A stretch of DNA of 64,000 nucleotides from Histomonas meleagridis 2922-C6/04-290x (lineage: Eukaryota > Protista > Parabasalia): assembly GCA_020184695.1 (NCBI GenBank), contig JAANOX010000071.1:62001-126000 (forward strand), given 5' to 3'. Made by a program: the position numbers and the translations under genes. Position 1 is the stretch's first letter; each line of letters starts with the position of its first letter. Shown here one piece after another: positions 44,474 through 54,589 of the stretch. The notes under the pieces were generated by a model, which saw only the letters and a program-made list of their open reading frames with translations, did not search any database and had not been told where the DNA came from.

Positions 44474-45628
44474 TTAGCAATGTTCTCTCAGAATTTTTTT
44501 CTTCTTATTCAAACTTTGTATTTGTAAATTAACATTTTCTACGTTCCGAGCGCTTCTCGCATGTTTTCCTATAGCTGTTGATACTGCGTTCAAGATCCTT
44601 TCATGTACAATATCGTTTTCATTTGGCACCGCTGTTGTAGCAGAAATAATTGCGTTTAATTGATTTTCAAGACTTTTAATTCTTGCTGCTCCTTCGTCAG
44701 CAATTCCTTTATTTATGTTTATAATTTTCTCGATATCACTACTTAATTCATCTGTTTCTTGCACTAAATCATTTTCTTTTCGTTGCAAAATGTTATCTTT
44801 TTCTTTCATATGACTTACACGAACTAAATTCTTTCGTTCGATTTCGCGTACTCTACTTCTTACAATATTGCATTGTTCAGATGCATCATTTCGAATCTTA
44901 TCTCTTTCATTAAGCGATTTTTCACTTAAAAATGTGAGGTTCGATTTGGATTTCTCTTGAATTTCTTCGTATTTTTTCTCAAGTTTTTTTAATTGTTCTG
45001 ATTTCTTCCGAACTAAATCATCATAATTGTTCCGAAGTTCATTAGTCTTATTGGTTAAGGAAGAAAGTTGCTGGTCAATCATTTGATGTGTGCTATGGTT
45101 ATGAGATTTAAAATCAGAAGAAAACTTTTCCCATTGTTCATTATCTTCACTTATACTTTTTAGATCTTCTTCAAAGACTCGGTCTTGAAGACGTTGAAGG
45201 TAAATCCATTTTTCCCGAATTTTTTTTTGTGCTTTGAGGAATTTGGAATCAGAATCACAAACAAGTTTTGGTTCTTCTTGTGGTAGATTTTGTTCTAATG
45301 ACATGTGATAATCTGTGCTGGGAATATTTGAAGGAACATATGGAAGAAGTCTTGATATTTCAGATTGTAATTTTCGAACTTGAAAAGCAAGTTCTGCGTT
45401 TTTTAATTCCATTATAAGACATTCTTCTTTCGTTCTCAAAATTTGTAAGTTTCCTTTTCTTAAAATTTTTTTTAAGTTCATTAATTCCTGAGATTTTTGA
45501 ATTGCTACTTGATCAAGATGTATTGCTAAATCCCAAGATTCACCTAAGCTATCAATTTTATAAAGGATATCTTCTTTTTCTTGCGCAAAGTTTTCTTCTG
45601 TTGCATCGAAATATCCCCAAAAGTCCAT
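44474..45628 (-). CDS. Coiled-coil hypothetical protein
   Basis: 384-aa ATG-initiated heptad-rich ORF. Confidence 0.75.
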   Translation of the reverse strand: MDFWGYFDATEENFAQEKEDILYKIDSLGESWDLAIHLDQVAIQKSQELMNLKKILRKGNLQILRTKEECLIMELKNAELAFQVRKLQSEISRLLPYVPSNIPSTDYHMSLEQNLPQEEPKLVCDSDSKFLKAQKKIREKWIYLQRLQDRVFEEDLKSISEDNEQWEKFSSDFKSHNHSTHQMIDQQLSSLTNKTNELRNNYDDLVRKKSEQLKKLEKKYEEIQEKSKSNLTFLSEKSLNERDKIRNDASEQCNIVRSRVREIERKNLVRVSHMKEKDNILQRKENDLVQETDELSSDIEKIININKGIADEGAARIKSLENQLNAIISATTAVPNENDIVHERILNAVSTAIGKHARSARNVENVNLQIQSLNKKKKILREHC

Positions 45629-45820
45629 TTCTCTTAACGTACAAAAACGACACTTTTCCCTCGAACTTTTTTAACTACGTTACAAAGGGAATTGACAAGC
45701 TCAAAAAGTGTCTGATTTTATTTCAGCGGTTTATCTTCCGGGCGATTTGTTTGACGTTGGCGGGCAAATTGGCGCCATAATTCTGAAATTGAAAACGGCT
45801 TCGTTTGATTTATTTTTCAG

Positions 45821-46186
45821 ATGTTCGAAGGGATCGACGAAGTTTTTGGTATATTTGATCATAAGGCTAATGCTCAAGACAATAAGCAGCAAACACAGCT
45901 AAATGATTTCGATTATAATATTCAATCTCCTTTAAGTTATCCTGCTGAAGGTCCATCAATCAACGAAGAAATCAATGGAATAATATCATTTGAAGATGTA
46001 ATGTCTAACTATGAACAATATATTGATGCAGAAGCACATTCACTTTTATCGAAGAAAAAAAATTGTAATCGATTTAAAGTTGCCCCAAAAGTTTTCAAAC
46101 CTTTTGTTTCATTAGAATCATGTGAAACAGTTATCCATCAAATTCAAGCAACTCTTCATCTTCAACATTTAAGGAAGTCCAAATAA
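45821..46186 (+). CDS. Hypothetical protein
   Basis: 121-aa ORF, divergent from the preceding gene. Confidence 0.6.
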   Translation: MFEGIDEVFGIFDHKANAQDNKQQTQLNDFDYNIQSPLSYPAEGPSINEEINGIISFEDVMSNYEQYIDAEAHSLLSKKKNCNRFKVAPKVFKPFVSLESCETVIHQIQATLHLQHLRKSK

Positions 46187-46216
46187 TAATATCGTTTACT
46201 ATTTCTCATAATTTCA

Positions 46217-48823
46217 TTATTTCTTATCTGACATTACTGATGGTTGTCTAACAGGTGGAAGTGATGATCTAACTCCTCCTTTTAATCCTCTTCTTGCTAG
46301 TTTTGCTTTTTCTTCCAATGCCTTTAAATCGATTCCCAAATTTTCAGCCAATGATTTAATTTGCTTATTATCTTTTTTCCTTAAATCCGCCGTAGATATT
46401 AAACCATTTTGTAACATATCTTTTTCTCTTTCGAGTTGATTTCTCATTAATTGAGAATCGTTTGTCAACTTAATTTTCATTTGTTCTTTCTGTGCTATCA
46501 TTCTAATTCTGTTTTCGTATTGTTTTTGTGTCTCAAGAGTTTCCGATTCCTTTCTTTTTAATAATCTGTTTGCGACCATTTTTCTTTCTTCTCTTTTTAT
46601 TTGTTGTTCGATTGCAATTCTTTTTCTTCTCATTGCTTCTTCTTCTATTTTTTCTTGATAATATTTTGTAGATTTCTGTTCCTTATTTCTAAAATCTTCA
46701 AGTTTCTTCTTCTCTTTTTCTTGATATTTTGTTACACGAATTTCTTGACTTTGTAATTGTTTCTTTTCATTCTCTTGTTTTTGTTTCTCTAATTCTTGTC
46801 TTCTTTTGATTTGGATTTGTCGATATGTTTCTTCTTGACGTTGATTCTTTACATTAGTTTTAATTCGTTTCTCTTCGATTTTCCGTTGTTGATTTTGTTG
46901 TATCGCTGCTAATCGTGCAACACGTTCTTGTTCTGCAATTCGCGCTTTTTCTTTTAGTGCTTCTTGTTTCTTTTGCTTCTGTAATGCTAATGCGACTTCT
47001 CGTTCTTGGATTTGCTTCTGTAATTCGTCATATTCTTTACGACGTTTTTCTTCTTGTTGTTGATGAAAGATTTGTGCATCAATACTTTTACGTTGTCTTT
47101 CTTGCTCGATTTCTTTATAATGTTGTTTCTTCTTTTCTTCAACTTCGCGTTTATGTTGAAGAAATCGTTTTTCTTGTTCTTCCTCTTCTTTTTTCCTTTT
47201 CTCATATTTCTTCTTGTTCTCTATGTCAGCAAGTTCTAATTCTTTCATACGTTCGAGTTGTCGTTGCTTTTCTTTACGCGCTTTTTCTCGAACTGCTTTT
47301 TCATGTTCGATTTTCTTTTGTTGTTCTGCTTCTCTTTGATCGATTCCTTCTTGAATCATTTCCTTTTCGATTAACATCGCAAGAATTATTTGTTCAGCTT
47401 CTCTTTTGTTTTGTTCTTTTATTCGTGACATTCGTTCGCGTTCTAAACGAGCGAATTCTTTTGTTCTTTGTGTCATTTCTTCGATCTTTGCATCGCGTAT
47501 TACATAATCTGTTCGTGATGGTGGAAGTTTAGAAATTCGATCGCGTTCATTTCGTACATCTTCTGCAGTACGATCTGCTCTTTCGATAAGTTGTTGACGT
47601 ACGACATCTTTTAATGACTTATCACGTGTATAACGCATTAAGTCATTTTCGGTTGGATAAAAAAGTTCTTCTAATGAAACGCCTAAATTACGAATCGCTT
47701 GATTGGTAAGTGGATCAGTAAAACGTCGGCGATTATTAGGGTCATAATTATCTATAGAAATTCCTCTGGATTGATAATGAGTATAATTATCATCGGAATC
47801 ATCAGATGCATGTTGAGCATTTGGTACATCTGTCTCAAATACGCTTTTGTTAGTTCGTGAACTACTTTTGGATTTACTTGAGCTTTTGCTTTCATTATCG
47901 GATGTTATTTGTCCTTTTGGTGATGATTTAATATTTATTTTTGGTGGTTTTGGATTTGCTTTGTTTGATTTTGCAAGTTTTGATGATGGTGAATCTTCAT
48001 TTTTTGGTACTTTTGGAGCAGTTTCATTTGCTTTGAGATCTATTTTTGGAGGTTTTATGTCGTTTTTATTTGCATTTTGTCGTTCTACTTCTTTATTTGA
48101 TGATGTTGAGTTTTCATCTTTTTGTTCTTTACGTGAGGTTTCTTGTTTGTTTAAGCTATGGTCAATTTTAGGGGATGATAAATCGTTTTTATTAGAATTT
48201 TTTTGTAATGCTTCTTTATCTGAAGATAGTGAATCTTCATCTTTTTGCTCTTTTTGGGGAGTTTCTTGTTCCATTGTTTTAAGATCGATTTTTAGAGGTT
48301 TTGTATCTTTTTTATTTGATTTTTGTTGTTTGGTTTCTTTATCTGATGATATAGAACTTTCAACTTTTTGTTCTTTACCAAAACTATTTTTGGTGTCTTC
48401 TTTTTTGCTTTCTTGTATAAGGGAATTGCTGCTGCTAAAAATTTCATGTGAAGAAAATTCATTTTTATCTTTTTTGACTATTTGAATTTGGAGTTTTTCT
48501 TGATCATAAATTTCATTTTGATCTTCTTTCTGTTCTTTGTCTTTAGTATTTTTTGTAATACCTGGAGTAGCATCTTTTTTTGCCTGTATTTTTTCTGATA
48601 AACTCGAAGAAAAAATTGAATCCTCGTTGTCTATGTCTGTGTTAGTTTCTTTTTTTGAACTACTGCTCGAAGAACTTTCATGTTTATGTGATTCAATTTT
48701 TTTTTTATCAGAATGTGAGTTATCTTTTTTATCCGAAACTGCATTTTCATGATCACTATTATCTGTATTTTTCTGTGTGTTATCTTTATTTTGTTTTTGA
48801 TCTTCTTCTGTTTCCCCGCTCAT
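46217..48823 (-). CDS. Large hydrophilic protein: S/K/D-rich N-terminus plus long charged coiled coil
   Basis: 868-aa ORF with an E/K/R/Q-rich C-terminal half. Confidence 0.85.
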   Translation of the reverse strand: MSGETEEDQKQNKDNTQKNTDNSDHENAVSDKKDNSHSDKKKIESHKHESSSSSSSKKETNTDIDNEDSIFSSSLSEKIQAKKDATPGITKNTKDKEQKEDQNEIYDQEKLQIQIVKKDKNEFSSHEIFSSSNSLIQESKKEDTKNSFGKEQKVESSISSDKETKQQKSNKKDTKPLKIDLKTMEQETPQKEQKDEDSLSSDKEALQKNSNKNDLSSPKIDHSLNKQETSRKEQKDENSTSSNKEVERQNANKNDIKPPKIDLKANETAPKVPKNEDSPSSKLAKSNKANPKPPKINIKSSPKGQITSDNESKSSSKSKSSSRTNKSVFETDVPNAQHASDDSDDNYTHYQSRGISIDNYDPNNRRRFTDPLTNQAIRNLGVSLEELFYPTENDLMRYTRDKSLKDVVRQQLIERADRTAEDVRNERDRISKLPPSRTDYVIRDAKIEEMTQRTKEFARLERERMSRIKEQNKREAEQIILAMLIEKEMIQEGIDQREAEQQKKIEHEKAVREKARKEKQRQLERMKELELADIENKKKYEKRKKEEEEQEKRFLQHKREVEEKKKQHYKEIEQERQRKSIDAQIFHQQQEEKRRKEYDELQKQIQEREVALALQKQKKQEALKEKARIAEQERVARLAAIQQNQQRKIEEKRIKTNVKNQRQEETYRQIQIKRRQELEKQKQENEKKQLQSQEIRVTKYQEKEKKKLEDFRNKEQKSTKYYQEKIEEEAMRRKRIAIEQQIKREERKMVANRLLKRKESETLETQKQYENRIRMIAQKEQMKIKLTNDSQLMRNQLEREKDMLQNGLISTADLRKKDNKQIKSLAENLGIDLKALEEKAKLARRGLKGGVRSSLPPVRQPSVMSDKK

Positions 48824-48887
48824 TGGGGTTTAACGTGTTTTTAAACGGTCGATTAAAGGTCTGTCATCCGTTTATTATTTTCATAAA

Positions 48888-49232
48888 ATGCAGCCCATTG
48901 ATTCAAGTCCACCTGATATTCAGCAACTTCGTGCTGAAGTAGACAAAGTAATGCAATCAGTGCGTGAATTTGATGAGCAAATTGATGAAAGAAATACCCA
49001 ACGTCTACTTCTTATTCAACAATTAAAAGAACTTCTTCCAGAAGATCAATTCCAAAAGTTCGAAAAAATAATCACACAAACAATTGAAGCAGTGAAACCA
49101 GCACCGGATCCATCAACTTTACCACCTTTAGAGATTGATGAACAAAATCCACTTGAAAGTCTCAGGAAAATCCGTTGTCAAATTGCGCAAGAAGTTTGTC
49201 AAGTTATGGGCGTTGAACCACCACATGTCTAA
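48888..49232 (+). CDS. Hypothetical protein
   Basis: 114-aa ORF with helical composition. Confidence 0.65.
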   Translation: MQPIDSSPPDIQQLRAEVDKVMQSVREFDEQIDERNTQRLLLIQQLKELLPEDQFQKFEKIITQTIEAVKPAPDPSTLPPLEIDEQNPLESLRKIRCQIAQEVCQVMGVEPPHV

Positions 49233-49268
49233 ATTCATTTTGATTTAAAAATTTTTTTTAATGAATTT

Positions 49269-49976
49269 TTATATCGAGAAACTAAGCTCTGTTGCAAATT
49301 CTGGAGGATATGACTCTACGAAAACTTTCATTCCAAATGGTTTAAGTTCTTCTGAAACAGCTTTTGCCAAATTAGCTCCAGTCATTTCTGGACCTTCTTT
49401 ATATATCTTATCAACCTCCAAAGCAAACAAAGATTCCGCAGTTGAGTCGAATTGTTGAACGCTTTTCTTAGCAGGGTCAGGATATGGTGCCATAATCAAA
49501 ACACCAGAACGTTTAAGTCCTAATTTAGAAGGTGTCCATTCATTTGGATTATTCACACCATCCATCAAGAAGCATATCCTACTTTCAGGATCTTTTGAAT
49601 TGAACAAATCACCAATTAATTGTGAATCTGCATATCCATCTTTCATTTGGATTTGAGCTGGTTGGTTGTTAAACTTCTGATCAATTACAGTTGCAACAGA
49701 AAATATAAACAAATATTCAGAAACACGTGTAACAAAATGTTGCATTATATCTATAAACTCGTCTGTTGTTGGATCAATGATATAATAAATCTTAAGCTCC
49801 ATATAGTGTGCTAGCTTCCCCATTTTGAGAGCAGCTTTTGGCGATTGTTGACCTTTATGTGTTTTCATGTTGATAAATATTAAAGCAACTCTTTCAAGAC
49901 TAGTTGGGAGTTTACTTAATGAAAACTTTCGAAGGTCATGACCAATTGCAGCTAGATTGACTAATGGATTTGCCAT
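49269..49976 (-). CDS. Possible catalytically inactive metacaspase/clan CD-like protein
   Basis: Order of elements ALIFIN...YYIIDPTTDEFIDIMQHF...LFIFSV...RICFLMDG resembles a caspase fold, but the His and Cys positions are not conserved. Confidence 0.45.
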   Translation of the reverse strand: MANPLVNLAAIGHDLRKFSLSKLPTSLERVALIFINMKTHKGQQSPKAALKMGKLAHYMELKIYYIIDPTTDEFIDIMQHFVTRVSEYLFIFSVATVIDQKFNNQPAQIQMKDGYADSQLIGDLFNSKDPESRICFLMDGVNNPNEWTPSKLGLKRSGVLIMAPYPDPAKKSVQQFDSTAESLFALEVDKIYKEGPEMTGANLAKAVSEELKPFGMKVFVESYPPEFATELSFSI

Positions 49977-50067
49977 TTAGTATTTATGCCTTAACGTATT
50001 GTATATCATGCACCACTTTTTGTATAAACTTGTTGAAATTGAATACAGATAAACCGTTTATACTGAA

Positions 50068-50655
50068 ATGGAAATGGAAGAAAAAAGAAAAAAGAAAAAA
50101 GAAAAAAGCTATGTGATTTATGTGTTTGGAAATCGTGGAAAAAATTCATTAGTTAGCCAACTCATATATAAAAAGCTCCCAGCAACATATCCCGTTGATC
50201 ATGATTATCCAACGTATTTTTTAACTGTAGATGGCAAAGAAGCAAAACTTGAATTTTTTGTACAAGAAAGTATGGAATTTAAAGCATTCCGAGACAAAAT
50301 TTATGGAGATTGTGATGGATTTGTTGCTGTTTATCCTATTGATGATCAACAATTATATTATTTTAAAAAAGTTGAATCTCAATGCATGAATCTCATTGAA
50401 ACAAGAAATGAACTTGGCAAGAATACTCCTCTTGTCATTTGTGGAAATAGATGTGATCTCGAAGAACAACGTATTGTCAGCCAAGCTGAGGGCCTAGATC
50501 TTGCACAAAGAACTGGTGCAGAATTCTTCGAAACTTCGGCAAAAATGAATATAAATATAGAAGAAGCATTTTCTACTGTTGTAAGATTGATTAGAAAAGA
50601 TAGCAAAAAGAGAAAAGAAAAGAAAAAAGAAAAAGAGGTATGTATTACATATTAA
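50068..50655 (+). CDS. Ras-like small GTPase with degenerate P-loop and switch II
   Basis: G4 GNRCDL and G5 ETSAK are intact, G1 reads FGNRGKNS; polybasic tail plus CITY. Confidence 0.75.
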   Translation: MEMEEKRKKKKEKSYVIYVFGNRGKNSLVSQLIYKKLPATYPVDHDYPTYFLTVDGKEAKLEFFVQESMEFKAFRDKIYGDCDGFVAVYPIDDQQLYYFKKVESQCMNLIETRNELGKNTPLVICGNRCDLEEQRIVSQAEGLDLAQRTGAEFFETSAKMNINIEEAFSTVVRLIRKDSKKRKEKKKEKEVCITY

Positions 50656-50907
50656 ACTAGTAAATTTAATTAAAATCTATCTTATTTGCGATCATAATCT
50701 TCTTATATAATATTGATATTCGAATAAGATATAAGCAAAAATTAAAGCTAAATAAAGCGTATCTAATGATGAGATGCATTTTCTTTGTATTAGAAGATTC
50801 AAAACTGATCATTTAATATCTTCAACTTTAATATTTCATCTATAAATATTATTTTCATTACAACAAAAAATCCGTATTAGTATGAATTTATTTAAATATT
50901 TATTTCA

Positions 50908-51720
50908 TTACTTCAATTCCTCATAATACGATTCCTTTTCAATTGCTGTAATAGAACTTCCAAGTGTTACTGTTCTTAAATATTCGGATAGATAAAATGC
51001 ACGTGCTGAAATTATGAAAAGAGAATTTGGTAATGTAATGTTAACAAATTCTGTAACTTCAAAACATGATTCACCAATTGATGTAAGGTTTTCATCAAGT
51101 TCAATTTTGTAAAGATATTGACAATAATAAAATGCATGATATTCAGGAGCTTTAACACTATAACCTAGTTTAACATGCTTCAAAAATTTACAGTGTGCAA
51201 ATGTTTGTTTGTCATTACTGTAACTGAATTTGGAACTTGAAGAAAATGCACATTAACCTATATAATTTATACTATTGGATAAACCAATTGACTTTAAATC
51301 AGTACAACAACCAAATGCCCATTCACATATTCTTGCAATGTTTTTACCGAAAGTTACTGAATGTAATTTCTCACATAAACAAAATGACGAATTTCCAATA
51401 TTTATTACATTATTTTCAATATAATCTAAGCTCTTACATTCATAAAATGCTTTTCACCTATTATTGTGACAGGATTTTAAACATGAACAACCCTTAAACG
51501 AGACCGATATGCAAATGCTTTTGGAGGTATTTCATGAAATGTATACATTACCTCCAATGAGAACAATATCTATTTCATCTTTTTGATTTTCTGAAAATTC
51601 ACTTGGTTCGTTAATCACAAGTGTAGCTTCAGTAAGTTTATCATTTGATATTTTGTTATGAATATGCTTACATTTGGAAGTAGATCAAAATATTGACGTT
51701 AATCATTAACTTCACCGATA
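50908..51720 (-). pseudogene. BspA-like (TpLRR/LRR_5) surface protein pseudogene
   Basis: LTSIGESCF, ITLPNSLFIISARAF, LGSSITAIE, EIPPKAF in several frames with stops. Confidence 0.75.
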
Positions 51721-51835
51721 ATTTGAAAAGTTTACAAAACAAATTATTCAATTTGTAATAAAGTATTCAAAAGTTCAAAATTGAATTGATCGTTTATCTC
51801 ATAAGTAAAGTATTCAAAAGTATCAATTTATTTAT

Positions 51836-53902
51836 TTATTGTAAAATTTCTTCAACCTCTTTTACAGCCTCATCGATATTATTCTTTTGTGTTTCGATTG
51901 TATCCATTATATTTTGAGGCAAATTTTGATAATTAATTTTATCTTTTAACTTTTCTGCCTGCCCTTTTAATTTTTCCATTAATTTATCTTTGATATTTTC
52001 TTTGTTATTTAACAATTTCTTTGCAATTGCGATTGAACCAATTACATAAATATTAACATCATCTTCAATATCGCCAACTTTTCCTGTTTGTATAAAATCG
52101 ACAAATAATTTCCATTCCTTATTATTTTGTATTCTATTAATTTGTTCATTAACTTTCGAAGGATTTAACTTAATATAAAACAATGTCTTAACAATTGGAT
52201 CAAATACATTTATCAAGTTTCGAATCGATGGATATATTTTATCTTTTAATGTATCATCATTAAAGTATATTGGCAACACTGAGTAATCAATTCTTTCTTC
52301 AAGTGTATCAACTAATTGGTCTTCAAGAAATTCTTCCGGATAATATTCGCATACAATGTTTATGTCTTTAAGCATCTTGAACCATAAATTGATTATATAC
52401 GATGTGTACTTTGTTAAGTTATTAACAATTGTGCCTTTAAAACTTATGGCATCTTTAACAACTAAATAACTTTGTGTTTTGGCACTCTTTTGTAAATGTT
52501 TATCAAATGATTGAAGACTTTTGATAACAAAATCATCAGTGGAATTAAGTTGTTTCGTAAGTGACTTAAAGTCCCATGATCGAATATGATCATTTAAATA
52601 TATGGAGGATAAACTTAAATAATTAATCCCTTCTAACTTTTGTTGATGCCATAACTTGTTTTGATAAACTGTAAGGCCTAAAAGTCCTGACAATCGAATT
52701 AAGGCGATACGTGAATCACATTTGGTCTCAAATTCTGAACATACATTAACTGCTTCAAGCATCTTTTGTGTGTCGTTTTGACGAATTGCATCTTCGGCTA
52801 AAATAGAGGCTAATTTGGGCGTGTCAATTTTGTCAACATTAAACTTGTTGGTGGCGAACGTTTGGATAACGGTGTCCTGGCAGTTGTAAAGCTTTGAAAG
52901 TACTTCATCGGTGAAATATGGCTTAAGGTCGCCGAAAACAAAAGGCCTGTTTGCAAACGTTGAAATATATTCTTCTATAAGAGGTGTGATGTCTTTCTTT
53001 TGTTGAAGATATAATTCAATTCGTGCAAGTCTATGACCACGGAATTTCGGATTGGCTAAATCATTTATTACTTTTTCAGCATCTTTATGATACTTAACTA
53101 CAAGCTTCCACTCATCAAGTGAGTCGGAGTTGATTTCGCGGAGAAAAGATTCGGCAATTTGGGCAACTTCATCTGTATTACCTAATGCGAGGTTGGCTTT
53201 GATCTTAAGTCTGTTATATGTAATATGGTCAAAATCAAGAAGCTTTTTGATAGATTCATCATTAAGATAATCTAATGCTTGTTGATAGTTTTTAAGCTCA
53301 ATAAGTGAATTGACTTTCATTATTGCAAGATCAACATTAGGTGTTTTAACTTTGTCTAAGAAAGAAACAGTAAATTTGAAGAATGGTGGAGATTTAGCTG
53401 GTGTTTCTTGATAAGCTCGAAGATAGCAACACATAGCTACAATCATGTAAGAAGAATCTGTTAGGATTTGTTTTGCAATTGACATTGCAAGTAATTGTGC
53501 TTCTGCAAATTTTGACATTGAAAGATTAAGATATAGAAATTCAAGTGTAACTTCTAACTTGTTTGGAAACCTTTTACTTTCTCGACTAAAGATAGCGTAC
53601 TTGTCTTTTTCTTTGTTTGTTAATGAGAAAATTAAAGAAATAATGTCTAAAATTTGTTCGTTCGTAGGTTGAAGTTTATCAACTTCTCTGGCTAACAAAA
53701 CAGCTTCTTTTAATTGGTTCTTGAAAAGAAATTCTAAAGATCGAGCTGTTTGAAGAAATGGTGGACAATCTTTGGGGAATTTAGATTTAGCGAAGGTTGA
53801 AATCATTTTATCTGCTTTTTTCATGTTTCTTGAGTTGAGTTCTTGAATAATCTCATTAAATTTTAATAATTGAGGGCGGAACCTAGCATCTTCCTTTTGC
53901 AT
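51836..53902 (-). CDS. NAA25: NatB auxiliary subunit NAA25/Mdm20-like TPR protein
   Basis: N-terminal RFRPQ..NEIIQELNSRNMKKADK..., LAREVDKLQPTNEQIL and AQLLAMSIAK match the NAA25 pattern; likely start MQKED at 53902. Confidence 0.65.
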   Translation of the reverse strand: MQKEDARFRPQLLKFNEIIQELNSRNMKKADKMISTFAKSKFPKDCPPFLQTARSLEFLFKNQLKEAVLLAREVDKLQPTNEQILDIISLIFSLTNKEKDKYAIFSRESKRFPNKLEVTLEFLYLNLSMSKFAEAQLLAMSIAKQILTDSSYMIVAMCCYLRAYQETPAKSPPFFKFTVSFLDKVKTPNVDLAIMKVNSLIELKNYQQALDYLNDESIKKLLDFDHITYNRLKIKANLALGNTDEVAQIAESFLREINSDSLDEWKLVVKYHKDAEKVINDLANPKFRGHRLARIELYLQQKKDITPLIEEYISTFANRPFVFGDLKPYFTDEVLSKLYNCQDTVIQTFATNKFNVDKIDTPKLASILAEDAIRQNDTQKMLEAVNVCSEFETKCDSRIALIRLSGLLGLTVYQNKLWHQQKLEGINYLSLSSIYLNDHIRSWDFKSLTKQLNSTDDFVIKSLQSFDKHLQKSAKTQSYLVVKDAISFKGTIVNNLTKYTSYIINLWFKMLKDINIVCEYYPEEFLEDQLVDTLEERIDYSVLPIYFNDDTLKDKIYPSIRNLINVFDPIVKTLFYIKLNPSKVNEQINRIQNNKEWKLFVDFIQTGKVGDIEDDVNIYVIGSIAIAKKLLNNKENIKDKLMEKLKGQAEKLKDKINYQNLPQNIMDTIETQKNNIDEAVKEVEEILQ

Positions 53903-54589
53903 TTGAGGCCAACAAAAAGTGACAAATGGCAATATGATGAACGTTAACAATTAATAATTGACTCAATATGAAAATGGTTTTAATTTGGAAACATTATTTT
54001 CATTATATATTTAATTTACAACTTTTTATTAATCTCTTACAGTTAATTTATCTTCTGCAAAAGGATCTTCTTCAATACTTTTCATTGAAATTCTTGTCGC
54101 AAATGGTTTCTTTTTTGTTAAAATTATTTTCTGTTGTTTTGTTTCGAGTTCGAATTAATAAAACAACAAGAAGTGTAACGATAATAATGAATGCAATAAT
54201 CAAACAATAATAATTGTTCTCTTATTATTATCATTAATTTTCATTTCATTTACATTTATACATGTATACATATACACCATAATTATTATAATTGTGCAAG
54301 CATAATAAATAAATTTTGTTTCAATATATGAAATAGTTGTGTTATTGTTATTTAATTAAAATGATTTGTGTTTCATGAATAGTTAACAATTGAGTAGATG
54401 TTAATGATATTGTTGGCACGTACGAAAAAGCTAAAGCTAAATCACTTTGGAGTGATGCTGTAATGTATTCGACTTAGCAAATGTTTCATTAATGAAAACA
54501 CTAAAACTATTTAAAAATTAATTAAAACGAACCAATTTAACAACAAGTTTTAACGAATATTTAATATTAAAAATCTTATTAAAAACATT

